Assembly: GCA_951406725.2 (NCBI GenBank)
Contig: OX597839.1
Coordinates: 19,964,001 to 20,028,000 of the forward strand
Reading direction: 5' to 3'
Origin: Octopus vulgaris
Lineage: Eukaryota
DNA: 64,000 nucleotides
In this document: positions 1-12,199 of the stretch, one piece after another
How the letters are laid out: each line of letters starts with the position of its first letter
Position numbering within the stretch: the first letter of the stretch is position 1
Notes under the pieces: model-generated
What the model was told of the DNA's origin: nothing
What the model saw: only the letters and a program-made list of their open reading frames with translations
Databases searched by the model: none
Program-made: the position numbers and the translations under genes

Positions 1-13
1 GCACAGATACCAT

Positions 14-52
<39 letters not shown>

Positions 53-171
53 TACTTGTTGTTGGTGGTAGTGGTGATGATGGCGGCGGCGGTGGTGGTG
101 GTGGCGGTGGCGGAGCGGCGGAGGCGGCGGTAAAACAGCGGAAACTATCGCACATCAAAGACGGAGTCTTG
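1..171 (-). CDS. Possible coding exon running off the left edge of the window (…KTPSLMCDSFRCFTAASAAPPPPPPPPPPSSPLPPTTSTTHTHT…HNGICA)
   Basis: Minus strand has tttacag (acceptor-like) just upstream of 171 and an ATG at 155. The frame stays open through a GC-rich Pro tract and a CA repeat to position 1. No recognisable domain. Confidence 0.25.
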
Positions 172-286
172 CTGTAAATATATCCGGTTTAGCAAAATAT
201 TTACAACCAGTTCAGTGTGAAACCCTTTTCTGTCAGTACAATATTGGGCAATATTATGTGGTTGCACTTATAAAATTTGCGGTTGG

Positions 287-317
<31 letters not shown>

Positions 318-593
318 GCTGTGGCTGCTAGGACTGTTGCCGCTGCTGTTGCTGTTGTTGTAGTTATTGTGCTTGGTTTTTTTTGTATATGTTTTTCGAT
401 TTTTCTGTTGTATTCCCCTCTTTCTCCCTCCATCTCGCTCTCTTTCTTTTTATCTATCTATCTATCTATCTATCACACACATCCATCTGCCTAAGTTTCT
501 TTCTCTCCCTCCCTCCCTCTTTCGCAATCTAACATATCTCTGTATCACATATATGTATGTATGTGTATGTATATATATATGTATATATATATA

Positions 594-637
<44 letters not shown>

Positions 638-825
638 TAAATGTATGTATGTATGTATGTCTATGTATATGTGTGTGTATAGCCATCTGAGTTTCTTTCT
701 ACCTTTCTCTCTCCCTCTCTTTCTTGCTCTCTCTCTCTCTCTCTCTCTGTACTTCTATCTATCGATCTACCTATATATAATATCGTCATCATTATCGTCG
801 TATTCATCGTGGTCGTCGTCAGCGT

Positions 826-871
<46 letters not shown>

Positions 872-1003
872 GGTATCATCCTCATCATCGTCGTTGTCAT
901 CATCATTATCAGCAACGACGACATCATTATCTTCATCATTAACCACGTAAGTTATCAGCAAAAATCCTATTCATAATAATATTAATAATAATAATAATAA
1001 TTA

Positions 1004-1398
1004 TTCTCTTTACTCTTTTACTTGTTTCAGTCAGTTGACTGCGGCCATGCTGGAGCACTGCCTTTAGTCGAGCAACTCGACCCCAGGACTTATTCTATCG
1101 GTCTCATTTGACGAACCGCTAAGTGACGGGGACGTAAACACACCAGCATCGGTTGTCAAGCAATGCTAGGGGGACAAACACAGACACACAAACACATACA
1201 AACACACATATATATATATATATATACATATATACGACAGGCTTCTTTTAGTTTCCGTCTACCAAATCCACTCACAAGGCATTGGTCAGCCCGGGGCTAT
1301 AGTAGAAGACACTTGCCCAAAGTGCCACGCAGTGGGACTGAACCCGAAACCATGTGGTTGGTTAGCAAGCTACTTACCACACAGCCACTCCTGCGCCT
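1004..1398 (-). mobile_element. tRNA-derived SINE family A, full-length copy
   Basis: Sense strand has a tRNA-like head with A/B-box-like motifs (tggctgtgtggt; gggttcagtccc), an internal TA/TG tract and a tail ending gactgaaacaagtaaaagagt. More than 15 related copies occur in the window. Confidence 0.9.
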
Positions 1399-1420
1399 AT
1401 TATTATTATTATTATTATTA

Positions 1421-1770
1421 GATAAAAACTATTAGATTTATTTTGTTGGATTTATTTTGATTTATTAGATTTATTTTGGTGGAAAGTGTCAGCTGTCCGC
1501 AACCAGCAGACTAACGTGACACTTGTTTACCTTGGGTCACACTGCAAGGACCCTGCGAAGAATTCTTGCACTTCCAAACAATACTGATTTCTTCTCTTTC
1601 CCCTTTTTTTCCCGTAGCTTTTCCATCTCAACATTTTCACCAATCTCCTTCGAGTGCTAAATACTTCCAGGCGCGCCAGTTAGCACTGGTATCACATCCA
1701 CTCTCCTCTCCGTATTTCCCACTTCAAATCATCGTCGTTGTTGTTCTGATTTTCTTTTTCTTCTTTCTCT
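1421..1770 (-). mobile_element. 3' fragment of an R4/Dong-like non-LTR retrotransposon (RLE C-terminus plus 3' UTR)
   Basis: Degenerate minus-strand translation DDLKWEI…IPVLTGAPG…KSVLFGSARILRRVLAV* matches the typical R4/Dong C-terminal motif (QKxxLLGxARILRRVL). The 3' end abuts a (TAA)n tract. Confidence 0.75.
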
Positions 1771-1779
1771 TTGATCCTG

Positions 1780-1817
1780 ATTATTATTATTCTCATTATT
1801 ATTATTATTATTATTAT

Positions 1818-1868
<51 letters not shown>

Positions 1869-2085
1869 TAGTAGTAGTAGTAGTAGTAGTAGTCGTAGCA
1901 GTAGTAGTAGTAGTAGTAGTATACTATTATTATTATTATTATTATTATTAGTAGTAGTAGTAGTATTAGTAGTAGTATACTATTAATAATAATGATAATA
2001 ATAATAATAATTATTATTATTATTATTAGTAGTAGTAGTAGTAGTAGTAGTAGCATACTATTATTATTATTATTATTATTATTAT

Positions 2086-2123
<38 letters not shown>

Positions 2124-2140
2124 TACTATTATTATTATTA
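1780..2140. repeat. Compound (TTA)n/(TAG)n microsatellite
   Basis: Direct reading of the sequence. Confidence 0.95.
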
Positions 2141-2264
2141 ACCCTTTGTAACCTTTCGTCCTGTATTTTGTCCCTAAATGTTTTTAATTGATTTTTATCA
2201 GCCCTTGTGGCCAATAAACGAATGAATTATTATTATTATTAATATTATTACTATTATTATTATT

Positions 2265-3810
2265 GGAGGACTAGCTCTGCGCTGAATAACAACATGGATG
2301 CACTACACCAATCTTTCTATTCAAAAACAAATCTAATCTAGAACGGGATAAAGGAACCTTTGGAAGACTAGAAGGAAGCAGTCTGTTAACGAAAATAGTC
2401 ACAAAAAAGAAATTTTATTACCATACAAAGCACAGTTTCTCCCATGCACGATGTCTCAGTGAAACATGTGCGAAAGACACATGCGAAATCAACATCGCGA
2501 TGTTTACAAATTATAAAATGTAAGTGGAACAAAACAGTAAGTACGCAAACTGATTAATTACGCATACACTCCAATGTCTACACAATCATACATACATTTT
2601 AATACCGATAGGACTACACATACATCCCAACGTTTATACAACTACGTGAAATTTACCGGACTCACATAGACGCACTTGAAAGCACGTGTCACAAACGAAG
2701 TAAAAAAAGTAACAAAACATTTTTTCCGAACTAACACAGAGTGAACAATTTATAAGTTTAAAAAAGTTTTAAAACACCACAAAAAACTAAGGCCGGAGAA
2801 AAATCTATCAACAAGAAAGATACAAACGAATACAGATCTGTTAGCCTTCAGAGGTTACGTTACGAGCAATGTCTTCATTCGGAGAACTCGGAGGTTGTTT
2901 TGTCTCAAAAAATTAACCCTAAACAGACAAATCCGTCACCTCATGTCAACGTCCAAGCTCGTCATGCTTCAATGATAACAAAGTAAAATACGAACCGGAT
3001 CGACCTTCACCTGTATAAACAAGGGTCGCGTAAACCAGTGAGGAACCAGACTGGATACGAAAGGTCAGCTACTGGTTCAAATCTTTCCGAAACACAGGAA
3101 CTGGAAGTACCCCACAACCGGAATATTCTAACAGCTGGACATCCACGCTCGTCATCAAATAACCAAAAGAAAAAGAATGAAAAATGGTCTACGGGAGAGA
3201 ATAAAGGAGTTCTTAAGGCCTCGTATCGTACCATGTATTTTCCTACAAATAAATCTAATACTGAACAAACCTACCTAAACTGGAGACATAAGCAGCTTGA
3301 AATAAACTCTACATAGAGAGTAACAAACTTACCAACTTCAGAAGAAACATAATGAACAAGAAATTACTAATTGAATTAGAGATTGACCAAATTAAACAAT
3401 CAAGAAGGGATAAAGGGAGAGAAATTACAGCTAAAGAAAATACTACAGAGGAATTAATTATAGACCAACCCAGGTCTGATGTAAATGCAGTAATGACCAA
3501 AAGAGTTAATGTAGCCGATAAACCAAGTGAAATACTCTCTGAACCAACCATAAACACCAATGCAGATGAAAATCAAGTAGATGATGGAAGTCACATAGAA
3601 ATTTACCCAACTGAACTAGATGATCTAAAAAATCAAATCACGATTGAGTGGCTCAACATTAAAAAAAGAAACAGTATGAATGAACGTGATACACTCCCAA
3701 AGATTCGCAACTCTAACCAAAACCTGAAAGTAATTGGTAAAATTTGCCTTGCATTTAACGATATAATTTCAGCTAATGATGTTGATATTACAGATCTCAA
3801 CCACCTGTAC
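2265..3810 (+). mobile_element. 5' portion (UTR plus frameshifted ORF N-terminus) of an R4/Dong-like non-LTR retrotransposon
   Basis: ORFs 3038-3316 and 3352-3813 join across a frameshift: KWSTGENKGVLKASY…TYLNWR…NKLTNFRRNIMNKKLLIELEIDQIK. This resembles the R4/Dong N-terminal domain. Truncated by a (TAGG)n tract. The 5' boundary is approximate. Confidence 0.6.
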
Positions 3811-4276
3811 TAGGTAGGTAGGTAGGTAGGTAGGTAGGTAGGTAGATAAGTAGATAGGTAGATAGGTAGGTATGTAGGTAGGTAGATAGGTAGGTAGGTA
3901 TGTAGGTAGGTAGGTAGGTACGTAGGTAGATGGGTAGGTACGTAGGTAGATGGGTAGGTAGGTAGGTAGGTAGGTAGGTAAGTAAGTAGGTAAGTAGGTA
4001 GGTAGGTAGGTAGATAGGTAGGTAGGTAGGTAGTTAGGTAGGTAGGTAGGTAGGTAGTTAGGTAGGTAGGTAGGTAGGTAGGTATATAGGTAGGTAGGTA
4101 GGTAGGTAGGTATATAGATAGGTAGGTAGGTAGGTAGGTAGGTAGGTAGGTATATAGATAGGTAGGTAGGTAGGTAGGTAGGTAGGCAGGTACTATAGAT
4201 AGGTAGGTAGGTAGGTAGGTAGGTAGGAAGGTAGATGGGTAGGTAGCTACGTACGCAGGCACATGCAACAGGCAGT

Positions 4277-4327
<51 letters not shown>

Positions 4328-4328
4328 T

Positions 4329-4375
<47 letters not shown>

Positions 4376-4377
4376 CA

Positions 4378-4469
<92 letters not shown>

Positions 4470-4570
4470 AGACAGGCAGGCAGGTAAGTAGACAGGTAGG
4501 TAGGTAGGTAGGTAGGTAGGTAGGTAGGTAGGTAGGTAGGAAGATAGGTAGGTAAGTAGGTAGGTAGGTA
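3811..4570. repeat. Compound (TAGG)n/(CAGG)n tetranucleotide microsatellite
   Basis: Direct reading; source of the spurious PTYL/PACL/QAGR ORFs. Confidence 0.97.
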
Positions 4571-4969
4571 TTGCATAACTTTATATGTGGTTCAAAATAC
4601 TCGTGTAAGGTATTATGCATTTTTTGCCTCCTGTATTCTGTGTACTGGATTATATTTTAGCCGTCCGAAGTGTTCTCATCCATAATCAATCAGAGTTTAA
4701 CCCATGCTTCTTCGCTTTCGGAATATTCCAGTAGTTAGGTCCCTACATGAGGTGATACGATGATAAACTGAATTATAATTATCCCCACAATTATCATATA
4801 CGTGTGTGTGTGTGTGTGTTTGTATGTGTGTGTGTGAGTATGTGTACAGTAAGTATGTATGTACATATGTATGCATTTGTGTCACAAGGAATAGGTCCAA
4901 GGGTAGTTTGGTCGCCCAAGGGCCGTGCTCAGCATGACCCTTGTCAAATGACTAAAACAAGTAAAACAA

Positions 4970-5172
<203 letters not shown>

Positions 5173-5718
5173 TTAATTTACTCTGCTATGTATTGAGTAC
5201 CTTATTAACTGTGGTTAACCCCGACTCAACCCGGGACCTACATATATATATATATATATATACACACATAAATACACTGTCCTATCTCTCGTTTTCTTGC
5301 CCTTGTTGTTATTTTTTACCTAAGACTGTGATATGAGGGAGATTTCACTACTTTCTCTAGCCGGCCGCCAACCATACAGACTATCTCCTGTCGGCTCACA
5401 GAGGATGTAGCGTTGTGTTCAAGTGAGCTTCAGGAAGTTCGCGTCAATCACAGCGGCAAGGGGTAAAGTGTAGGATATGAAACTTGTTTAACTCAGACAT
5501 GAAACCGGAAACCACCGACGACTTCCGGGAATTAAAATCCCCTCAAGTAACTCAACACACGGAACATTTTTATTCTTTAATATTTTATTCGTTTTCTCAT
5601 TTTCAGCAATGCCTCTTCCATGTTACTTAATTAATGATGCTATATTGATTTCTAACATGGAGTCTAAGGCAAAACAACGATTAGCGTGTAGAGGACATGC
5701 ATGCATGTATGTATGTAA

Positions 5719-5787
<69 letters not shown>

Positions 5788-5886
5788 CATACATAGATAA
5801 ATAGATAGATAAATAGATAGATAGATAGATAGATAGATACATAGATACATACATACATACATACATAGACAAATATATATATATAT

Positions 5887-5917
<31 letters not shown>

Positions 5918-5938
5918 CATACATACATACTTAGACAA

Positions 5939-5992
<54 letters not shown>

Positions 5993-6240
5993 GTACATAT
6001 GTGTATATATATGTGTGTGTATTTGTATATATATATTTGTAAATATATATATATATATATATATATAAATAATGAGGGTGATAAATTGAATATTAATTTA
6101 ATTAATATCAATTAAATGAAACCAGTAGCCTAGCATATAGAAAAATCTGAAAATTAAGAAAAATTGTAATATATGCGTATAATAGGAATGACCACTGAGT
6201 GGACATCCCTATTATAAGCATGTATATAAATATATATATA

Positions 6241-6398
6241 TAGGAGTAGATATGTTGTAAGTATCTTGCTTACCAAGCAAATGGTTCTGGGTTCTGTCCC
6301 ATTGCGTTGTACCTTGGGCAAATGTCTTCTACTATACCATCGAGCCGACCAAGGCCTTGTGAGTGGATGTGGTAGACGGAAACTGAAAGAAGCCCGTC

Positions 6399-6400
<2 letters not shown>
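6241..6400 (+). mobile_element. SINE family A, 5' half
   Basis: Diverged head plus ccttgggcaaatgtcttctacta…gacggaaactgaaagaagcccgtcg. Confidence 0.85.
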
Positions 6401-6428
<28 letters not shown>

Positions 6429-6432
<4 letters not shown>

Positions 6433-6655
6433 CAGCATCAGTTGTCAAGCGATGTTGGAGGGACAAACAGAGACACACAAACACATACATATATACGACG
6501 GGCTACTTTCAGTTTCCGTCTACAAAATCCACTCACAAGTCTTTGGTCGGCCCGAGGCTATAGTAGAAGACACTTGCCCAAGATGCCACGCAGTGGGACT
6601 GAACCCAGAACCATGTGGTTCGTAAGCAAGCTACTTACCACACAGCCACTCCCAC
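6429..6655 (-). mobile_element. SINE family A, partial, inverted relative to its neighbour
   Basis: Matches the family A consensus seen at 1004-1398. Confidence 0.88.
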
Positions 6656-6849
6656 GTCAATTCTACGTCAATTTCGTACGTTTATTTATTTATCAGAAAG
6701 TACGTCCCATGTATGTAATCTTTTGTCATAATTGTAACTCTTGTGTAATAAATAATTTTATACGTGTAATAAATGCTTCATGAGTGACGGCGTGTATGAA
6801 ATATTTGTCTTGTATTATCTTTGAATCCCCTTTCATGGTTGAGGTCAGC

Positions 6850-7058
6850 TGCGTAATATTGCTTACTAGATGACGTCATATATGTAACATCTGTATAATA
6901 AATGACGTCACATATCATTTATAAATATCGCAGATCCTGTGAGACCAATCAGATTGTTATCGTTAATGTTCCGTTTAAAGTGTTCTAAATCGATACCTGT
7001 CAGGGAGTCGTGGACAGGAAGGATATTTCAACTGCTCGGCGCTCTTGCATATTTAAAA
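6850..7058 (+). promoter_or_regulatory. Cluster of promoter-type motifs: two full CRE palindromes, a CCAAT box and a TATA-like element
   Basis: TGACGTCA at 6871-6878 and 6903-6910; ccaatcag at ~6946; tatttaaaa at ~7050. Motif presence only, no transcript evidence. Confidence 0.25.
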
Positions 7059-7302
7059 AGACGGAAGATCACGGTTGGAAGGCATTTTTATTATGGGTTT
7101 GCTGGTCAGGGTTGACTTGAAGTTATACAACAACAGCAACTAAAACAAGGAAATACTTATGTAGAAACAAAATCATTATTTATCATTAAAATTGCATCAG
7201 TGACAAATTGGACAAATTGAGACAACGCTTCGTACATTCCACAATAGTTCAACCCTTTCTTCTGTCATTTTCTCCTCTCCGTTTCTCTCTCTCTCTATCT
7301 TT

Positions 7303-7413
<111 letters not shown>

Positions 7414-7879
7414 CGCAGGTTAAGCATGATCCGGTTGACTGATGAACAAAGGCATTCAGCCATGACCATTTCATCTTATTTCCAAACATAATGGATCGAG
7501 AATCACATTAGCTTATATGTCCTTCCTTTCGTAACGTTGTAGGGTGAGGACTGTGGAAGACTTAGCAGCTATCACTTGTACGTCGATCCAACATGCAAGA
7601 ACATCTTCATTGGGTCGGTCCATAATTTCCTAACTCCAATGGTTGTTTTAAATCAATTCCGTTGCTCTTCAGCTTTTTCCGACAGACATTAATTACATAA
7701 ACTCGTAGCAGCACCGAACTATATTCTATTAAGAGAGTTTTGCTGCTAATGTAAGGACAGTAACGAAGCGCATTCCTTCGGAAATTGCTTTCTGGTGAAC
7801 TATAACATTTATTGGACAATTGTTCGCCATTACGGCCATAATTCCGATCGAGCTGATGGGTCATTTGATTCTAATGCGA

Positions 7880-8040
7880 CTGAATACCTGACCTAAATAG
7901 TTAGAGGGTCATATGCCATTGATATAAACGTGGCAAAATATCTTATCTAAATAGGTGAGAAGGGGGCATGCGGCATTGATACAACCGCCACAGAATACCT
8001 GATCTAAATAGGTAGTTGGGTGAGGAGGTATGTATCATTG
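7880..8040. repeat. Degenerate ~55-bp minisatellite, about 3 units
   Basis: Recurring gaatacctga(c/t)ctaaatag…cattga units. Confidence 0.7.
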
Positions 8041-8041
8041 T

Positions 8042-8331
8042 AGAGGCATATGGCCTAGTGATTAGAGCATCGGACTCGCCGTCGAGGGATCGCGGGTTCG
8101 AATCTCAGAGCGGGCGATGTGTGTGTTTATGAGCGAAACACTTCAGCTCCACGCGGCTCCGGCAGAAGGTAATGGCGAGCTTCTGCTGACGCTTTCGCCT
8201 CAACTTTCTCTCACTCTTTCCTCCTGCATCTTGCAGCTCACCTACGAGGGACCGGCGTACAGTCCAGGTGAGGAACCTATACGCCAAGGAAACCGGCCCT
8301 TATAAGCCAGGCATGGCTCGAGAAGGAACAA
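8042..8331 (+). mobile_element. tRNA-derived SINE family C (V-domain-like)
   Basis: A box tggcctagtg, B box gggttcgaatc, and central cctacgagggaccggcgtacagtccaggtg resembling the V-SINE conserved domain. Confidence 0.7.
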
Positions 8332-8610
8332 ATGAAGAGGTATGCATCATTGCAGCCCATTGCTGCATCCACCGTTTGTCGGTGTCCGCTCGGGTTTTTC
8401 GGGGAAACTCTCTGTGCAGTTTCTTCGCAAACTACTTTTTCCTCCGCTTTGACCATGAAGTGTGTTCGACCAAAACGAGCTTTCACCCCAGCCGGATGTT
8501 CAGAGAACACGGTCCGCAGGAGACGATTCGGGAAATCGGGAAACGTAACCCAACAGTCTAAGCTGACGCTCCTGAATCATACAAGTAACAGGACGTATCT
8601 CAGATCCTGA
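8332..8610 (-). mobile_element. 3' end fragment of an RTE-like LINE ORF
   Basis: Frameshifted IRPVTCMIQERQLRLLGYVSRFPESSPADRVL / PAGVKARFGR…VDAAM resembles the RTE C-terminal LRWxGHVxR…RxRGRP region. Confidence 0.6.
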
Positions 8611-9201
8611 GTATAGTCGCGGCAAGCGGTAGACCATTATCCTCCGACAATGTTCTTTACTTATGCTATTACAAACAAGGATTACTTTTAATTTTCCAGG
8701 TCTAGCCTCAACAGAACGGTCAAATTTTGCCGACCTCCTCTTGCGAAACAGAATATAAAGAAAAAGTAGTACCAAGACTTAAACTATTTTTTTGAGATGT
8801 AATAACTTTATAGCCTAAAGCTGTTAGCAGCTTCAACAGCTGTTTCATAATATACGTCCCTATGACAGATTATCAGTCGTTTGTAACATTTAGTAGCTCG
8901 TGGCTTACACAGGATTGTGAAATATTCTGTTTCCGTCAAGAATTATAAACTTTACGACTTCAGGCTATTGCAGCATATATAATGCAAATGCTTTACTCAG
9001 GTTATCAGTGGCGTAAGGGTCACATTTACAATCACACACGATGGCAGCTTCAGCTAGAATTCCATTATCACATACCCTGAGACATTACTAGATAATAGAG
9101 CTGGTGTTGGATATACTTATTCTCTACTTCTGTTTGTGCATTTGTATTGACTTTGTATAGTAGAAAGGATTATTATTATTATTAATATTATTATTATTAT
9201 T

Positions 9202-9739
9202 GAGTGAGCGAACAGTGCATCATAGTGACGCTAGACTAAAATATATGACCCATCATGATTACCCAACTGATAAGGACACACCAGGCACATGCATCACAAC
9301 CATATGTGCACGACATGGTAACCTCATATCAAGATAAACAGCACATGACCTTGCAGGTGGGGCCCAGTTAGAATTTTCTTCTGGTCGAGTAGCTCATCCC
9401 TCTCAAGAGGTTCCTGAATAAGGGTTGTTTAAGGATGTTGAACGAAACACCCATGTTTCCAGAGGTGAATTATTCAAACCCCAAAGAATCCCTCTCAACA
9501 CATGGCTGTGATACTCCCCCACTACTTCTGCTTGTGATCAGAGATGCACATATCATCAGCCACTAAGGGACATGCTCAACTGGTTAAGGTCAAACAACTG
9601 ACAAGCAAATCTGTGGTATTGAGCAGAATATTTGCTGTAGCCCATCTTTTATACCAAGACAAAACAATGTACATGATAACACTTCCAGTTAGTTAAGATC
9701 AGAATCAATGAGAGCCACCGTCTGGTACTGCATCAGGGC

Positions 9740-9741
<2 letters not shown>
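9202..9741 (-). mobile_element. Non-coding ~540-bp element inserted in a (TAA)n tract
   Basis: Flanked by (TTA)n on both sides. Its terminal 35 bp recur at 10037-10071, again next to TTA. No ORF and no tRNA head; strand is inferred. Confidence 0.6.
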
Positions 9742-9803
<62 letters not shown>

Positions 9804-9908
9804 TATCGTGTGTTATTGTTGTTGTTGTTTAAAACAGGTTGATTGGCCCCAAGCGATTTGAAGTTTCGTAAGCTCCTTACAGAACTCGTCGGTCTCAAAC
9901 GAGAACGG

Positions 9909-9969
<61 letters not shown>

Positions 9970-11073
9970 CATACCTGTGTGTGTGTGTGTACGGCCTTCT
10001 GTTTGTGTCTGCGTTTGTAGCTCACCACCACTTGCAATGAGAGCCACCGTCTGGTGCTGCATCAGGGCATTATTATTATCATCATCATCATGATTTGCAT
10101 TAACCTGAAGTCCAGTAGGTGGATGACAAACGTATAATGACCACTTACATTAACAGGGGAAGAGGTTAAAATAAAAGTGTGTCAGACAGCGGTTGACAAA
10201 AAAAACAAAATTGTAAAGTAACGAACCGCCATATTTTCCACAGGAATCACATAAAAACGAAACCAGCCAATAATATTATAATAGATTGGGTTTAACATTG
10301 AACGTATTCAGAATAAGGAAAACTGGCAAATTACTGAGTATCGAAATGAAGGTTGTTATTAATGCCGTCTAGTTTCTCTAGTAGCTTCCCGTGATGAAAT
10401 AGAAAGCTTTTTTTTTCAGTTCTATTGTGAGATATGACAGCCAGAAAGATAGTAAATCAATCACAAGAAAAACAGTTAAATTGTCGCCGCTAATTCGCTT
10501 AAATTTCCTACATTTAATAGTCGAAACCTAAGACATTACATGTCATGTCTATATTCCAAGAAGCAAAACAGATAAAATAGAAAAAAAAAACATTATAAAA
10601 TTAAAGCAAAATATCATGAAAGTCTGTCTACATATAAATAAATAAAAAAAGTTATCGAGATGAATATTATTCATAAAGAAATGAAGGAAAATGGCGTTGC
10701 TTATACGACTAACGATAAAATATTTTTAAATAAAAAAATAAGAAGTGAAAAGAGGCGAAAAAATTAATCGTTTTGAGCAGAATCAAAATTATAGACAAAA
10801 GAAGTGAAAAACATATATATGCCAACACTAGTCTCACCGAGAGAAATGTTTACAGATTGTATATTCTGAATGATAATTGACGCCTGCGTAACGATTTTTA
10901 TTGTTGTTGCTGTTGTTGCTGTTGTTTTCCATAACAATGCATTGCATTATATTTTAAGACCACCATTAATATTACGTCCTAAATATACTCGGACGTCTAA
11001 TGATGCAGGAGAGTCTACGTACGTACTCTAAGAGTATACGCATACACAGATACACTCGCACACACACAAACAC

Positions 11074-11114
<41 letters not shown>

Positions 11115-11335
11115 AGAGAGAGAGAGAGAGAGAGAGAAAGAGTCAAATCTGTACATGTGTGTGTATATATATATGTATATATGTATATATATATATGTAT
11201 GTATATATGTATATATATGTATGTATATATGCGTATATAAATGTATATATATGTGTGTGTGTGAGTGTGTGTGTGTGTGTGTGTATGTATATGTATATGT
11301 ATATATGTACATGTATATATATATATATACATATA

Positions 11336-11520
11336 GTTGATTCGAAAAACAAAGAAAAAGACAAGTAAAAAAACAACAACGTGAGGACGTAGGATATGCA
11401 AAATGTTAATAAGATCATCAGAGAAGGAAAGAGTGGTTGCTTTATGTTTCAAGCATAGCTCTTCTTCGGAAACATTGACATAGGAAAAAGGAGGGAGAAA
11501 AATTGCCAACAGCCCACATC
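11336..11520 (-). mobile_element. Short Penelope-like terminal element with a degenerate hammerhead motif (11439-11473)
   Basis: Minus strand: gttt-CCGAAGA-a-gagc-tat-gctt-GAAAC-ata-aagc. Homologous to 61635-61860. Confidence 0.6.
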
Positions 11521-11577
11521 TTATATATATATACATATAAATATATATTTTTTTCTCTCCTTGTTTTTTCTGTGTAC

Positions 11578-11613
11578 CTTTCTGTAGAAGGGCGTAGGCT
11601 CGAAACGTAAAAG
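11578..11613 (+). ncRNA. Minimal type I hammerhead-like motif within a short element (11549-11707)
   Basis: cttt-CTGTAGA-a-gggc-gtag-gctc-GAAAC-GTA-aaag: stem I cttt/aaag, stem II gggc/gctc, palindromic ACGT stem III. Confidence 0.6.
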
Positions 11614-11721
11614 ACTTTTTCTATTCCTGAGCATTATACTAATATATCTGTTTGTTTTGTACACCACCTGTCTTCGTCTTCTGTTGTTTATTTCGTAAAC
11701 TTTCCCTATATATATATACAG

Positions 11722-11759
<38 letters not shown>

Positions 11760-12150
11760 CATAAAGGGTAAAATTAATTAATCAATTAATAATTAATAAT
11801 GTTACCAAGTAGTTCGGTATGTTAAAAAAGAACCATTATTGGTAAACTTATACAAAATATCTTTAATTATGAGCATAATTATAATTAGGGTTCAGCAAAA
11901 TTTGCTTCACCACATACCGAAATTTAGAAATAGCAGTTAAAATACTATTCTGCTACCATAAGATATCTCCCACACACCAATACTCTACAACTCACGCAGG
12001 TAAAGAGAAAAAATAACGAATCCATCCGGCTTTGTCTAACTGTATACGCGTTTCGGGATTAAAGAGATGTAAAAAGATGTAAAATCATATTTCTACTCAA
12101 TTATTGCCTTCATCAGTACAGTATTTCAAATTTTAAATTTGAGAGCACTG
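11760..12150 (-). mobile_element. Penelope-like terminal-repeat remnant (family E) carrying a hammerhead
   Basis: Shares its terminus (agggt.aaattaattaat…accaagtag) with 6068-6230, 36764-37040 and 49146-49425. Ends in a microsatellite. Confidence 0.55.
12039..12122 (-). ncRNA. Type I hammerhead ribozyme candidate with an intact core
   Basis: Minus strand: actgta-CTGATGA-a-gg…(long stem/loop II)…ccc-GAAAC-GC-GTA-tacagt. It has a 6-bp stem I, a perfect CUGAUGA/GAAA core, a palindromic ACGCGU stem III and a GUA cleavage triplet. Confidence 0.72.
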
Positions 12151-12199
12151 ATAACTGAGATACGTACTCGACGAAGCGCCATCTATGATGTCTGGCGTG

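Noticed and set aside
1163-1435. Recurrent peptide RQASFSFRLPNPLTRLWSARGYSRRHLPKVPRSGTEP seen in many ORFs
   Set aside because: It is the antisense translation of SINE family A, not a gene family.
8042-8115. tRNA gene candidates at SINE heads (also 13890 and the family A/B heads)
   Set aside because: A and B boxes are present but there is no complete cloverleaf, and each continues into a SINE body.
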